Positions 51,442 through 62,901 of a DNA stretch of 64,000 nucleotides are shown piece after piece (the first letter of the stretch is position 1; every line of letters starts with the position of its first letter). The stretch lies in assembly GCA_038087875.1 (NCBI GenBank), contig JAXLNO010006153.1, positions 186,001 to 250,000 of the forward strand. Direction: 5' to 3'. Position numbers and translations under genes: made by a program. The notes under the pieces were generated by a model that was not told the origin of the DNA, did no database searches, and saw only the letters and a list, made by a program, of their open reading frames with translations. The DNA comes from Malacoraja senta (taxonomy: Eukaryota).

Positions 51442-54076
51442 TTACTACAGCAACCCAGAAGAAATATGTAACAAAGGCAAATTTCTCACAAAGTTGAATC
51501 CAATAGGGATCCATTTGGAAAAAAATTCTCAATTGGGGAAAATAAAGAAACACGTAAATTATAACGTCCTGCTATTATCCAACTAAGAGCTAAATGCTAA
51601 TCTGAACTAATTTTAACAAATAATATAATTTCAGTGTATGCACCTTGTGGAAAGGGCCTCCACAAGAAAACTAGTACTTGAAACCGATCATGTGATTGTT
51701 AAATTAATACAAAATGGGGTGCTGTCACATTTTCAACTATGAAAAGAAGCCAGGATGCTAGATCCTAATAAACTTCTAGAAATACTATGGTCCACAAAAC
51801 CGTTGTGGGGTGATTTTATACAGCAAATGGATTACAAACTGGCTTGAAATTATCTTCAGAATCCCAGAGAAGAGGAATTTTGCATGTCTCTCATGTCTTT
51901 CCTTCTGGGGTTTGGGTGGCAGAGGGATTCTCTCAAACACTTTTTATCCCCACCAACTGCAAAACTCCCCTAATTACACTTTACTTGAGTAGTGTAAAAC
52001 TTCATGTATGGTAACATTTTCATCCCTCGGCTGTAAAAGAGTAGCTCTTAGTTACTCAGCACATTCCTCTATTTCCTGTAAATCCACATTATTCAATTCT
52101 TTGCCATCCTTGGATCTTTGACCTCTTAGTACCTCAATTACATCCCCATATGTGTATTTAATGCTTTACCATGAAGGTAGGGGTCACAACCTACCCTCAG
52201 GTTGATTCCTGAATACCAATGTTGATTCCTGCTATGTATCATTTCCTGGTCACTGCTGCGGTTAGGGAAGTCACTGACATCCATAGTCGACGAGAAGCAA
52301 GTTCATATACTTTTACTTCAGGCCAAGGCATATCCCTGCTTTAATGCACAGGCATTTATAAATTGCGCTCATGTCCTTTCAGATATATTCCTATCTACCC
52401 TATTTCTGCTAGAAGCCTCTGGCTGTGGCCCTACACGGTTTGTAGAAAAATCATGCCCCCCCCAAAGGCAATATTCGTAACCAGTCTGTCAAAGACTGAA
52501 CATTTGTGACCTCCCCGACCATAGCACCTCATCATTGCAACACTCCTGTGTACTTGAAAGATTGTTACATGTACCGTGGTATTCTCCTTCTATAGCTAGC
52601 TGCAAAGATCATATTTGCTGGGATACATGCTGGCATCTGCAAGAACCCAATTCATAGCATTGCCCACATAAACACAACAATGCTGTTCAGTGAACCTCGT
52701 AGCCCCAGTCTTCATTCAACTTTCATAAACAGTGTCAGGATGACCTGCAATGCTGCCTTCCTGTCAAAATCTGGAGCAATACATTCAACAGAGAACTCGT
52801 GAAAACTGGAGTGATTTCTTGGGCAATCTTGTTCGGATGGTAAGATTTCAAAGTATAGAAATTCCAATACAAAAAACAAAGCTAATAGCATTCATGCTGC
52901 AGTTCTTTGCCACTCTAATTGAAGGATTAATGCTTCAGTTTGCATTCCAAACAAAGAAATGTTAATAAAGTGAGTTTAGGTTTTGATCTGCTCATGTTAT
53001 TAAAACATTGATGTGTGTCCCTTCAATAATTCCAACTCATTCAGTTTGTTCTACCAATCAAGTCTAAGTTCCATTTCAAAAACCAGGGAAAAAACTTTAC
53101 TCTTCAACATCAAGGTATGAGAGGTTTGCAGACAAGAAATGCTTACTGGAAACTTGGATATGAGCAGCTGGCGGTTTAATGAATGGAAAACTCATAACAA
53201 CTTGTGCCCAAACCTGTGATAAATACTTCTGCCTTGTCAAGCTCTTATGCCCAGGCACTGAAAAGGAAAATCTGCTCTTGAAATGACCATCAAATTGATT
53301 TTCCACGCTGCTATATTCATGCTCATAAATGCTGCACCTGTCTGAGTTAGGCACGGACAAGTCTGTCAAAAACATTCATTCATCTTCACAAATAAATCTC
53401 ATGGAAAAAAAAAGGAATATTACAATCCAGGATACCTCCTCCCAGGAGAGTGATGCCAAATACCTGGCAGAAATGGGGAGTAAAGGACAATAACCTCTTA
53501 AGCACCTAACACTAAACTATTGTCTTATACATTGGTTTGATAACTTACTTTTAATTGCAAAGGTTAGAGTTTATTTCATTGGTTAATTTGAAAGAGGATA
53601 CCCCCCACCAGAAAGCCTTTATGAATCATTGCTTAAATATTTGGTTGTGTTCACCATGTACTGTAAAGTACCTATGTGCGGAAATTAATATTAACTAACT
53701 TTCCTCAACTATTGTATATTATTTCAGCAGCTGCTCCAATTACCAGGCTAACAGCTGCAATTAATGTGTGACTGCTGTACTGGGCTTGCGAATTATGTAG
53801 GTCTCTAAATATCATTTGGGATCAAATAAAAGGCTGCATTCATCACAATGAAATCAAAATAAATTACCCAGGCAAAACTAGCGGAAATTAAATTTACATA
53901 TTAATGGCAGCACCGCAGGGTCAAAGGTACAATTTCTGAAAGTTTATGGAAGATGCACTTAAGACTCTGAAGCAGTATAACACAAAGGTACATGTGGAAG
54001 TTATCTTTCAAACTGTTTATATTTTAAACTTAAATGTTTTTAAAATTCCACCTGCTTAGCTTAATTAATAGCTTAC

Positions 54077-54154
54077 CAGTTCTCTGTTGAAAATGTGATG
54101 TATACCATAATCCAAGTCCTCGTTTCCCAGACCTTGCATTAACAGAGTCACCAT
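54077..54154 (-). CDS. FAM53B: FAM53B first coding exon (coding part), MVTLLMQGLGNEDLDYGIHHIFNREL
   Basis: ATG at 54154 in strong Kozak context (ACCATGG). 78 nt ending CTG|gtaagc donor. Same length as, and similar to, the FAM53B N-terminus recalled as MVMVLSE...FSREL. Phase 0 joins the next exon. Confidence 0.88.
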
Positions 54155-54213
54155 GGTAACATAGTCACTTCTCTGGGTCCATTACACTGAGGGCAGTAGA
54201 CGGTGGTTGCCAT
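54148..54213 (-). promoter_or_regulatory. Overlapping uORF, 21 aa MATTVYCPQCNGPREVTMLPW
   Basis: AGAATGG Kozak at 54213. Open for 21 codons. The stop TGA lies immediately after the FAM53B ATG (CCA TGG TGA), in a different frame. Confidence 0.55.
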
Positions 54214-54276
54214 TCTAGGACACTTCTTCAAAAGAGAGTAAGATCTAGCTGGGTACTACAGCAGGGCTCTTCATAA
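54155..54276 (-). other. FAM53B: Probable 5'UTR part of the first coding exon of FAM53B, containing four upstream ATGs
   Basis: On the minus strand a pyrimidine tract (tgtctctctttttctcctcc) is followed by the first AG (ggacag|ttatg) at 54277/54276. The boundary is inferred from splice signals only. Confidence 0.6.
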
Positions 54277-54577
54277 CTGTCCAATACCATGGAGGAGAAA
54301 AAGAGAGACATGTAAGTTTATCTGCTCAATAAATCCAAGACTAAATACTTACTGTCTCCTTTTCCATTTTTTGTGCTGTGCACCTTTTACTAGGCAAGAT
54401 GATTTGACGATTGATTTGAGTCCAGAGATCATGTCTCTTATTAAATATAACTTAGACTGGCATCCTCTTAAAACTCCACTTTCTCTCTGTGCGGTGGTCA
54501 TCTGCCTTCTGGATCTCGACCTTAATGCCACGATTGAGTCAAGGAATCAATATGTGGAGTAACACAAACACAAACCT

Positions 54578-54646
54578 AGGTAGACACAGAATGCTGGAGT
54601 AACTCAGCACCTATGGAGAAAAGGAATGGGTGATATTTTGGGTCGA
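54578..54646 (-). mobile_element. Internally deleted Penelope-derived unit, ending in helix II
   Basis: aggtagacacagaatgctggagtaactcagc...aggaatgggtgatattttgggtcga. Confidence 0.7.
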
Positions 54647-54656
54647 AATAGGGGGG

Positions 54657-55585
54657 CATGGGCGGAAATCCAGGGGGGGTGTCCCCCCCATGCTTTGAGA
54701 GGTGGGGGACAATCCCCTCCATGTTTTGTAATCTGGACTTTATCAAACGAGCGGTGGTGGCTCGTTGCTGCGGCCCGACTCCGGAGCTCCAGCTGCAGAT
54801 CTGTGGACTATGATATCGGGAGTTTGCGGGTCCGGGTGAGAGACCGCTTTCCGGAGCTCCCGCAACGCAACTTCTCCAGCTCGAGTCGCGGGGTTGGAAC
54901 GACCGGAGCGGGGCCGTAAATCCAGCGCCCGCCGGGGGCTCCAACTTTGTGACTTTTGGGCCCGGAGCGAGGCTGTATACCGCCCGGCGCGGCCTCAACG
55001 GCCGTGGGACTTAACATTGCCCGCCTGGGGCTTCAACATCGGGAGAAAAATGGGGCAGGGGAGAGAAAAGACTTTGCCTTCCATCACAGTGAGGAGGAGA
55101 TTCACTGTGATGGATGTTTTTCTGTAAATTGAATTGTTTGTGTGTCTTGTAGGAATTGTTTTGTTTGTATGGCTGTGGAATAAGAGTTTCGTTTGAGCCT
55201 CTTTGAGGTTCAAATGACAAGAAATAAATCAAATCAAATCAAATCAAATCAAACGCTTTCTAAGGGCTGAATCGGCCCGTTCTCGGGGCCTTTCAGCGCC
55301 ATGCGAGGCTTAAAATCAAACTGCTGTATCGAGGCGATCGAGGCTCCCGATGTTGAAGCCCCGTCGGCCGATGAAAGACCCAGTGAACGGGCCGATTCAA
55401 GCCCCACGATTCGGGGCGGACGAAGCTGCTGTTGCTGGAGTTCGGAGTCGGTCACCAACCAGGTCAGCTCCCGATGTTACCGTCCACAGGGCCCACGGCC
55501 GAAACCTCGCGTGTGTGCGCATGCGCGCGCGCGGCCGCCAAGAAATTGTGTCCCCCGCATGTTTTGATAGCGATTTCCGTGCCTG
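54657..55585. mobile_element. CpG-rich composite with hAT-like TIRs enclosing SINE-like pieces
   Basis: CATGGGCGGAAATC ... GATTTCCGTGCCTG imperfect TIRs, and tgtccccc.catg(c/t)ttt subterminal repeats. No matching TSD seen. Confidence 0.55.
54975..55253 (+). mobile_element. SINE-like element with stem-loops and (AAATC)n tail
   Basis: 3' end tttcgttt...aatgacaa followed by (aaatc)5. Hairpins at 55080-55114 and 55192-55214. Confidence 0.6.
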
Positions 55586-56859
55586 ATCTACTGTATCTGT
55601 TGCTTGACTGGGGTTGTTAATGCTCTCATGGGAGAAAAAAAATGAAGGCCAGTAGTTAACGAGAATTGAGTAAAAATATTAAGATAAATAAATTTGTGAT
55701 GGATTTCAATCATGGTTTTCATAGAAATGCTCATTTATTCATGGGTGAAAATAGTGCATTGTATCTGTTTTTTCTCCACATAAATGAGCACTACATCTAT
55801 AAATTGGACTAGTACCATAAAGTGACATTTGCAACAGAGATATGATTTTGTTTTAAAGGCTCATGGTATCTTCAGGCATCAGATTTTTTCCAACAATAAA
55901 AATGTTCAGTTGTTTTGATCCCCGATTAGGGATGAGGATTAGTTCAAACGCTCTCTCATTGTTAAAAGAGAGGATAATATAGAGCTTTATACAATTGATA
56001 TTGCTGTTCTGTAACGCCACATTGAAAATGGCCTCAGAAGAATATTTTATTCAGACAATGGATGAGTCCCACTGATAGACTTTACAACCACTATCATATT
56101 CAAACTTACTAAGCTGATGCCAAATGATTCACTGGTTAAGGCAGTATGTATCAAAACTCACACTAGCTGAACTTTTCATATTAGGAAACGGGATGAAGTC
56201 TGACTTGCTTTCACTCGATTTCTGTGCCACAAGGTGGCTGAACAAACTTTGGGGGCACAGTGATTGGGGGACATTTATTCCATTATTTGCTTTAGGTCTC
56301 TGCTTGCTCTTGAAGAGACTCAAGGTGCTTAGTTTAGTTTAGCTTATTGTCATGTGTAACAAGGTACAGTGAAAAGCTTTTGTGTTGCAAGCTATCCAGT
56401 CAGCGGAGAGACTACACGATTACAATCAAGCCATCCACAGTGTACAGTAGCAGCATTAGAGAATAACATTTAGTGCAAGATAAAGTCCAGTAAAATACGA
56501 TGAAAGATTTTCTGTTGGAGTGGAGTGGTTTTCTGTAGAATGGAGTGATTGGAATGAATGACTGCAGATCCACCAGGCACCAGAACACAGAGAATCGCCT
56601 GGCTTCTCCGCCATCTTTGATAAAGTTCCCAGGTGTCATTTCCTTATTTTGAACAGTCACAGACCATGTGACATTTTGCAAAGGAGACTTTCAAAAGATC
56701 CTTTAAACATTTTTTTTGTCCTGCTGGTAATTTCTTGCTGTGATACAGTTTGGAGAAGAATGCTTGTTTTTGAGCTCTAAGATGAGGCATGTGATCAGGG
56801 ACTTAGTGCTAAGGATCTCGCCCATCTATCGGAGAGAATTCTCTTGGACGTAGCCAGAT

Positions 56860-57190
56860 GCATAAGAAAGTAAATACCCTGGTGTGCTTTCGCAACAGTG
56901 TGAAGGGATTAGGTTAGGTTCCTGGTGATATGGATGCCTTGGAACTGTTCATCATCTCTACAGCAACCTCATCGATGTGTACAAGGCTGTGAGCACACCC
57001 CTTCCCCACCCCACTTCCACAAATCAACAACCAACTCTTCCATCTTGCTGACATTAAGGGCCAGGTTAATGACCCGACACCATGTACTTTCCTGTACTTT
57101 CCTGTACTTTCTCTTATCATTGTTGTAGATACAGCCACACTGGTATCACAGGCAAATTTACAAGAGATGGCGTTGAGATAATCTGGTAGA
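56860..57190 (-). mobile_element. Rex1/Babar- or L2-like LINE RT C-terminal remnant
   Basis: VHIDEVAVEMMNSSK plus frameshifted LNVSK..ELVVD-type sequence. Confidence 0.5.
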
Positions 57191-57239
57191 GATGCTTTGT
57201 TGCTTGAGATTGCTCCCAGCTTCAGCTTGTAGCCCGTGA

Positions 57240-58900
57240 TGATATCAGACCCAGCCCCTTTAACCTGGCAACCACTTCATTAAATTGTTTTGGAATTATC
57301 TTTTGGCATCGCTGGTAGCCTCGTGCAGATGAAAACGCGGACGACTGAGGTTTATTCAATTAGGCGAGATGATGTGATCTTGAACATGGTCCAGTCCACC
57401 GATTCAAAGAGTCCTGAATTAGAATCTCAGCCTCCACAGACTGTTGCTCTATTACTGTCTTCATGAGGTGACTCGTGTTTCAGTCATCCTCCATAGGCTA
57501 GCAGGAGCAGCACCAACAGATGATCAAACTGGCCAAAATGAGGGCGAGGGATGGTAAGATAGACCTACTTGATGGTGGCGTAGCAGTTAACATTCTGTGT
57601 GGAGCAGGAGCAATGCCGATGTTATTTGGAGAGGACTGCCCTGAAGTTGCCGGTGATGATGGAGAGGACATCAGGGTTAACAATCGAGCATTATTTCTCC
57701 AGTCTCACCTCAGTGTTGGCTTGAAATGGTATGTAGACTGCCAACAAGATTGTATAGATGGAATATCCTTGGTAGATAAACGGGATGGCAGGTATTCTAG
57801 GTCAGGGGAGCAGAATTGTGCCGAGACTGTCACATTAGTGCACCACAAAGTATTGACCATCCTATATAATAACTACTCTTCAATGAGAAGATTGTTAGAG
57901 GACATTATTTCAGCAAGAAAGATTGAACAGCATGCTGTGATGATGCAGCGGTGAAGGAACCTACGTCATCAAATGCTTTTTCTAAATCCGCCAAGGATGG
58001 TGCCTGAACTCTGGAGGGGGCAATGAATATTGTCTGTTGGATTGGTTAGGACGATAGCTTGAAGGTCATACCTTAGCAGACATGGAATGGCGATGAATTT
58101 CCGAGGGGAGTCACATTGGAGAAGGATTCCCCGTGATCCTATGTGTTTGTTGAAATCCAAGACTTTGGCGAGGTTGAAGGCTGCTATCTTCAATGGTCGG
58201 TGCTGACCCTCATCTTCTCCTGGTGTTGAAGATTGGTGGAGATCATGGCCACCGAATCGTTTGATGGATGGAATCTGCATTGTGACTCTGGGACAAGCTC
58301 TTAAGCCATTGGGAGCTGGCAGTCGATCTGGATCATTATGATGGCGTTTCTGGTGGCAGTCAGAGAGCTCAATAAGACATCTTTCTGAAAGATGGCTATT
58401 AGTGCAGTATTCCTGAGATCCCTTGGCATAGTGTCCTCTTCCCACAGTAGATATAAATTCCTGCCAGTGTTTCACCTTCATGTTTTAGGACTTCAGCAGG
58501 ATTCCATTTGTTTCAGGTTCATTCATTTGATACCATTTGCAACTTCTTGCTTGTCCAGGGTAGTGCTGAGAATGTGACAGATGATGTGTTGAGTGATGTA
58601 GTCAATGACACTTGTGTCCAAAGCATATCTCCTTGACTTGCTTCTTGCAAATATTGACTGCTTCTCTGTTATTGGCCCTCAGTGACATTGGTCCTTGCGA
58701 TGGTTTCAACAACTTTAAAGAATCCTCACATGTTGTGACTTTCGGCTCGTTTCTGCCTGTTTTTTTAGGTCATTAGTTGTATTGTTGGTTCTCAGCCTTT
58801 AAACACATGTAGATCCTTTATTTTTTCTTGAGGTGTAATGGCATTTCCAGATAGAGAATGGTTTGTGTTCACAGTTACTTAGCTTCTGGAGCTCCTGGGC
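57240..58900 (-). mobile_element. Heavily degraded LINE, probably RTE-like
   Basis: Fragments such as AAFNLAKVLD and ILLQCDSPRKFIAI resemble RT FIDLTKAFD...IL.K.G.P.KF. Many stops and frameshifts. Confidence 0.45.
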
Positions 58901-59014
58901 ATTCTCATCTCATTAGTCCCGTTCCCAAGGATCTCACTACAAAAATTCTATTCAATCAGCACCTCACATAAAATTGGTTGTCTCACCATCAATATGAGTC
59001 ACAGAGCACCCTTG

Positions 59015-59668
59015 AGGGTCTGTCCCACTTAGGCGGTTTTTTAGGCGACTGCCGGCGACAGTCATAGTCGTAGCGGGACGCCGAAATGGACCCACCCTAC
59101 GACAATGTCTAAGACAAGCTACCACCTAGTCGACGTCAAGCTATGACAAGCTACGTCAACAGGCGACACAATTCCTTGCGACTTGGGATGTCCACCTACG
59201 ACGACCTACGACAACCTTCAACCACACAGGTGACAACCTACGACAACCGAAGTCAACATACTCCACCCGCAACAAGCTATGACAAGCTACGACCCTGTCG
59301 GCAACAAATAAAGACAACTGAAGACTTCTCTTGATGCCGGTACTGTCGCCAGTTGACATAGGATGACGTAGGTTGTTGCCAATGGAATTGACCGAGGTCA
59401 TCACCTGGCGACAACCAACGTCACCTGGCGTCATCCTGGTGACAACTTACGACAACCTATGATAGCACCTACGACAGGAGAAGACAGGCAACGTCAAGCC
59501 CACTGTCACCGAAAGGGTTTGAACATTTCAAAATCCAGCAGCGACAAGAAAAAAGTTACGAGACTTGAGGAGACAACTCATGACAATACAGGTGTCACCC
59601 CGTGACCATGTGGCGACAGCCTATTTTACGTCTGTCACCGAAAAAATCGCCTAAGTGGTGCAGGCCCT
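59015..59668. mobile_element. PIF/Harbinger MITE with internal CGACAA-type repeats
   Basis: TIRs AGGGTCTGTCCCACTTAGGCG and CGCCTAAGTGGTGCAGGCCCT. Flanks TTG/TTA. Shares ctggattttgaaatg(c/t)tcaaa (inverted) with 47619-47854. Confidence 0.82.
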
Positions 59669-59719
59669 TTAGTGCCCTGTTCACCATGACTGAACCATAG
59701 CAAAGACCAGTGAGTAAAA

Positions 59720-59897
59720 CACAAAGCATTCAGTAGATCAGGCAGCATTTCTGAAGATGATGTCCTGACCTGAATGGATCAGGACCCTAATTGAAACATT
59801 GAGTGACCATTCCCTCCAGAGATGCTGCCTGACTCCCTGAGTTACTCTAGCACTTTGTGTTTTACTCAAGATTCCAGCATCTGCAGTTCCATGTGTC
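59720..59897 (+). mobile_element. Older Penelope-derived unit with a short inverted 5' piece
   Basis: ccagagatgctgcctgactccctgagttactctagca...ccagcatctgcagttcc, preceded by inverted tcaggcagcatttctg. Confidence 0.65.
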
Positions 59898-60554
59898 TTC
59901 CTACAAAAACTTGTCTTTTCCACCAGAATTGGCTGCCCATAGGATTTTACCAGTAAGAAAACATTAAATTGTTAAAGATACGAAACAATGCTTATTGATT
60001 TTACTGCTTCCACAATATTTCCAAATTGAAACTGTGAAAGATGCTGATAGATTGTATTTATCACTTCCAATCAAAATTTGTGGGAAAGATAACTTTTCTT
60101 CACAGGATAAATGGTCTTTCTAAATTTGTAAATAAATTAAAGCACAGTTATAGCTTCATCATGAAGTGTGTCTTTTGAGTTGCTTCAGTAGAAGGCTTGG
60201 GACTTTAATAACATAAATATTCCACTTGCCAATGAATTGATCTCGTAGATTTGAAAACACACACAAAATTTGTTAACCAACTGCAAGGCAGTAAAACAGC
60301 TCAAAACTGGAAGTTTAAAAATTCCTTCCAGCATCATGCCCACACACTCAGGTTTCCACTTGAGACCAGAGATTCCATTACATCTATTATACATCAGTGA
60401 ATTATATATTTGAAGAATTTCAAAATAAATTGTGCTGCTCAAAGCTCAACTGAGACCTTTGTACCAGAACATAAACGTATTTTCCACTTTGTAGAGTTAA
60501 TTTTTTTCTGGTGAACTCAGATTGGCTGGACTCAGTAAGTCAGCTTCAACTCAG

Positions 60555-60870
60555 CTCAATTGGTAGCACCTTTCCATTCCAGAGACGTGAATGCGCAGAA
60601 TACCTCACGACAAGGTTTACCCCTATTGGTAGCACCATCAGTTGAGGCAGTAAACGCAGGGCTTGCCTGCTCTCTCAGGTGAATATATGATGGCACTGTA
60701 GCACTATTCTGAAGAAGGCTTAGGAATTTAACCTGATTGTCCTGGTAATATTTATCAATAACATTATTGTCTGTTAATACACATTGGGAACATGCTGTGT
60801 GCAAATTGACTGTGCGTTTCCCACCTAACACCAGAAACTACACTTTCCTTGCTGTGCAATGCTTTCTGAT
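60555..60870 (+). mobile_element. Deu-domain SINE, second copy
   Basis: ctgctctctcaggtgaa...gcactattctgaagaagg...tgtcctggtaatatttatc...gctgtgtgcaaattgactg. Confidence 0.55.
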
Positions 60871-62511
60871 TTTTAGGGCACTCTATTGATACAAGATTGT
60901 TTTTCCTGCTTTGATTTTATCTGAATGGATACCAGAACTAAAAGATCAATATGTTTTTATCTTGAAGCAGGAGTCCAGAATTCATTTGCTACAAATCCAA
61001 CTGAGGTTTCACTTGCACACAGAGCTCTAAAAAGGTGAAACGATTCATTATTTTCCACCGAGACAGTTTTATTTGCAAAATGTATTTTCACACATAGTTG
61101 TGACAATTTAAATTGATTTCAATAACTGGACTATTCAGAAATTTGTCTCTGCTCTCAGCTGATAACTGATACATGCAGGCTTTTCTCTTAGTCTAGGAGG
61201 ACATAACACATTAGTTTAATGACATATTAGAAGACTTTGGACCATCCCATTGTCTCATGCCAAGTGGAACCATGAAAAGTACAGCAAGGAAACAGGCCCT
61301 TTGGCCCACCGAGACTGTGCTGACCATCAATCATAGGATAACAGTGGTGGGGTCTTCCAGCTGGCTTATCTCACCTTACCCAGTGCTGGCATCGCCCCTT
61401 TCTCATCTGTTTTTCGACGTCTTTTAGTATTTGTCCAACTTTTTTTCTGAATTCTGTATGTGGATAGATTAAATAGTTAGTGGTAATGCTCCAGTATCTA
61501 AACATTCCCTTTCCACTTATATCTTCAATGTTAATACAATGCTCTCCATATTAACCCCCCAACTCTCCAACCCATCGATAGCTGGGAGAAGACCAGCAGA
61601 AGGGGTTAGAATTGTCATCCCACCTGAGTGGTCCAGTTTAAAAAGGTACAATTTAGGACACTGATGAGTTGCTTGAAGTAAATGCAGCATGGAAATAGTA
61701 AGCTATCCAAAGTTGCTACGTTTTGATATGATCAATGCCACTACTTAAATTCAACAAAAAATGAGGCGATACCTGACATTGCAAGATTCCTTGCTGAACC
61801 AAGGCAAAGGCTACTCATTCCTTCTGGTAGATAATCCTCTATTAAAAAGGGCCAGGAGTATTTATTTCACACTCCTCAAGAATGCCTTTGGCCTTCCCCA
61901 CTCTCCACAGGGACATGCTCCCGACTACCAACAACCTCTCCCCACTCTATTACCAAATTAACCCAGAGACGTGTCATTAAAATGCTGTCAAAACTCCAAT
62001 CACTTATATTTGAAACAGGGCCTAACATTCTAGTCTTCGGCAAATATGAACTCTTGTCTTTCAAATTTTCCAAGATATTTGTATCTTCCCATTCTGAGTG
62101 AGATGATGGTGATGGGGACATTAAGAATAATGTGTCCAATTTAATGTGCCCAAAGAACACCATCCTATAAAAATAAGTGTAGCTTCCTCTCAGCTATCCC
62201 TCTGTCCTTACAATCACTACAAACATTGTGGGTCTAAAAAAACTTTGAAATATGTTATGTTTTCTCCTGTGTAAGTCAACAGGGCCCTTTGCAGACAGTA
62301 CTAACGTGATCTGTGCAACAGCTTTCTGATAATGCATCTTGGTTTCGGAAATGCTTATGGAAAATATGTTTCACAATACAGTAAATAACTCAATTTGATA
62401 TACTATGACAGTAAGTAATCATAGAGATCTGTCTTGGTAACACGTACATAGACACAAAAAGCTGGAGTAACTCAGCGGGTCAGACAGCATCTCTTGAGAA
62501 AAGGAATAGGT

Positions 62512-62539
62512 AACGTTTCGAGTCGAGACCCTTCTTCAG
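62512..62539 (-). ncRNA. Hammerhead core in short unit 62447-62541
   Basis: Reverse complement CTGAAGAAGGGTCTCGACTCGAAACGTT (G-U in helix II). Candidate TSD ACACGTA at 62440-62446 and 62540-62546. Confidence 0.5.
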
Positions 62540-62580
62540 ACACGTATGTCAGGCATTGGCTGCATTCTTATTTCTTCATG

Positions 62581-62901
62581 GAGTGGCACAGTGGCGCAGC
62601 GGTAGTTGTTGCCTTACAGCACTTGCAGTGCTGGAGACCCGGGTTCGATCCTGACTACGGGTGCAGTCTGTACGGAGTTTGTGCGTTCTCCCCGTGACCA
62701 CGTGCGTTTTCTCTGAGATCTTCGTTTTCCTCCCACACTCCAAAGACGCACAGGTTTGTAGGTTAATTGGCTTGGTGTAAGTGTAAATTGTCCCCAATGT
62801 GTGTAGGATAGTGTTAATGTGCGAGGGAGGATCACTGGTCGGTGTGGACTTGGTAGACCAAAGGGCCTGTTTCTGCACTGTATCTCTAAACAAAACTAAA
62901 C
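62581..62901 (+). mobile_element. Full-length tRNA-derived SINE (HE1/V-SINE type)
   Basis: Colinear with 790-1092. A and B boxes and ctaaa tail. Confidence 0.88.

Noticed and set aside
57520-57954. 144-aa plus-strand ORF
   Set aside because: Lies antisense within a degraded LINE. No recognisable domain.
59090-59480. CRISPR-like or coding repeat array
   Set aside because: Irregular short motifs inside a TIR-bounded MITE in a vertebrate genome. No constant repeat-spacer period.
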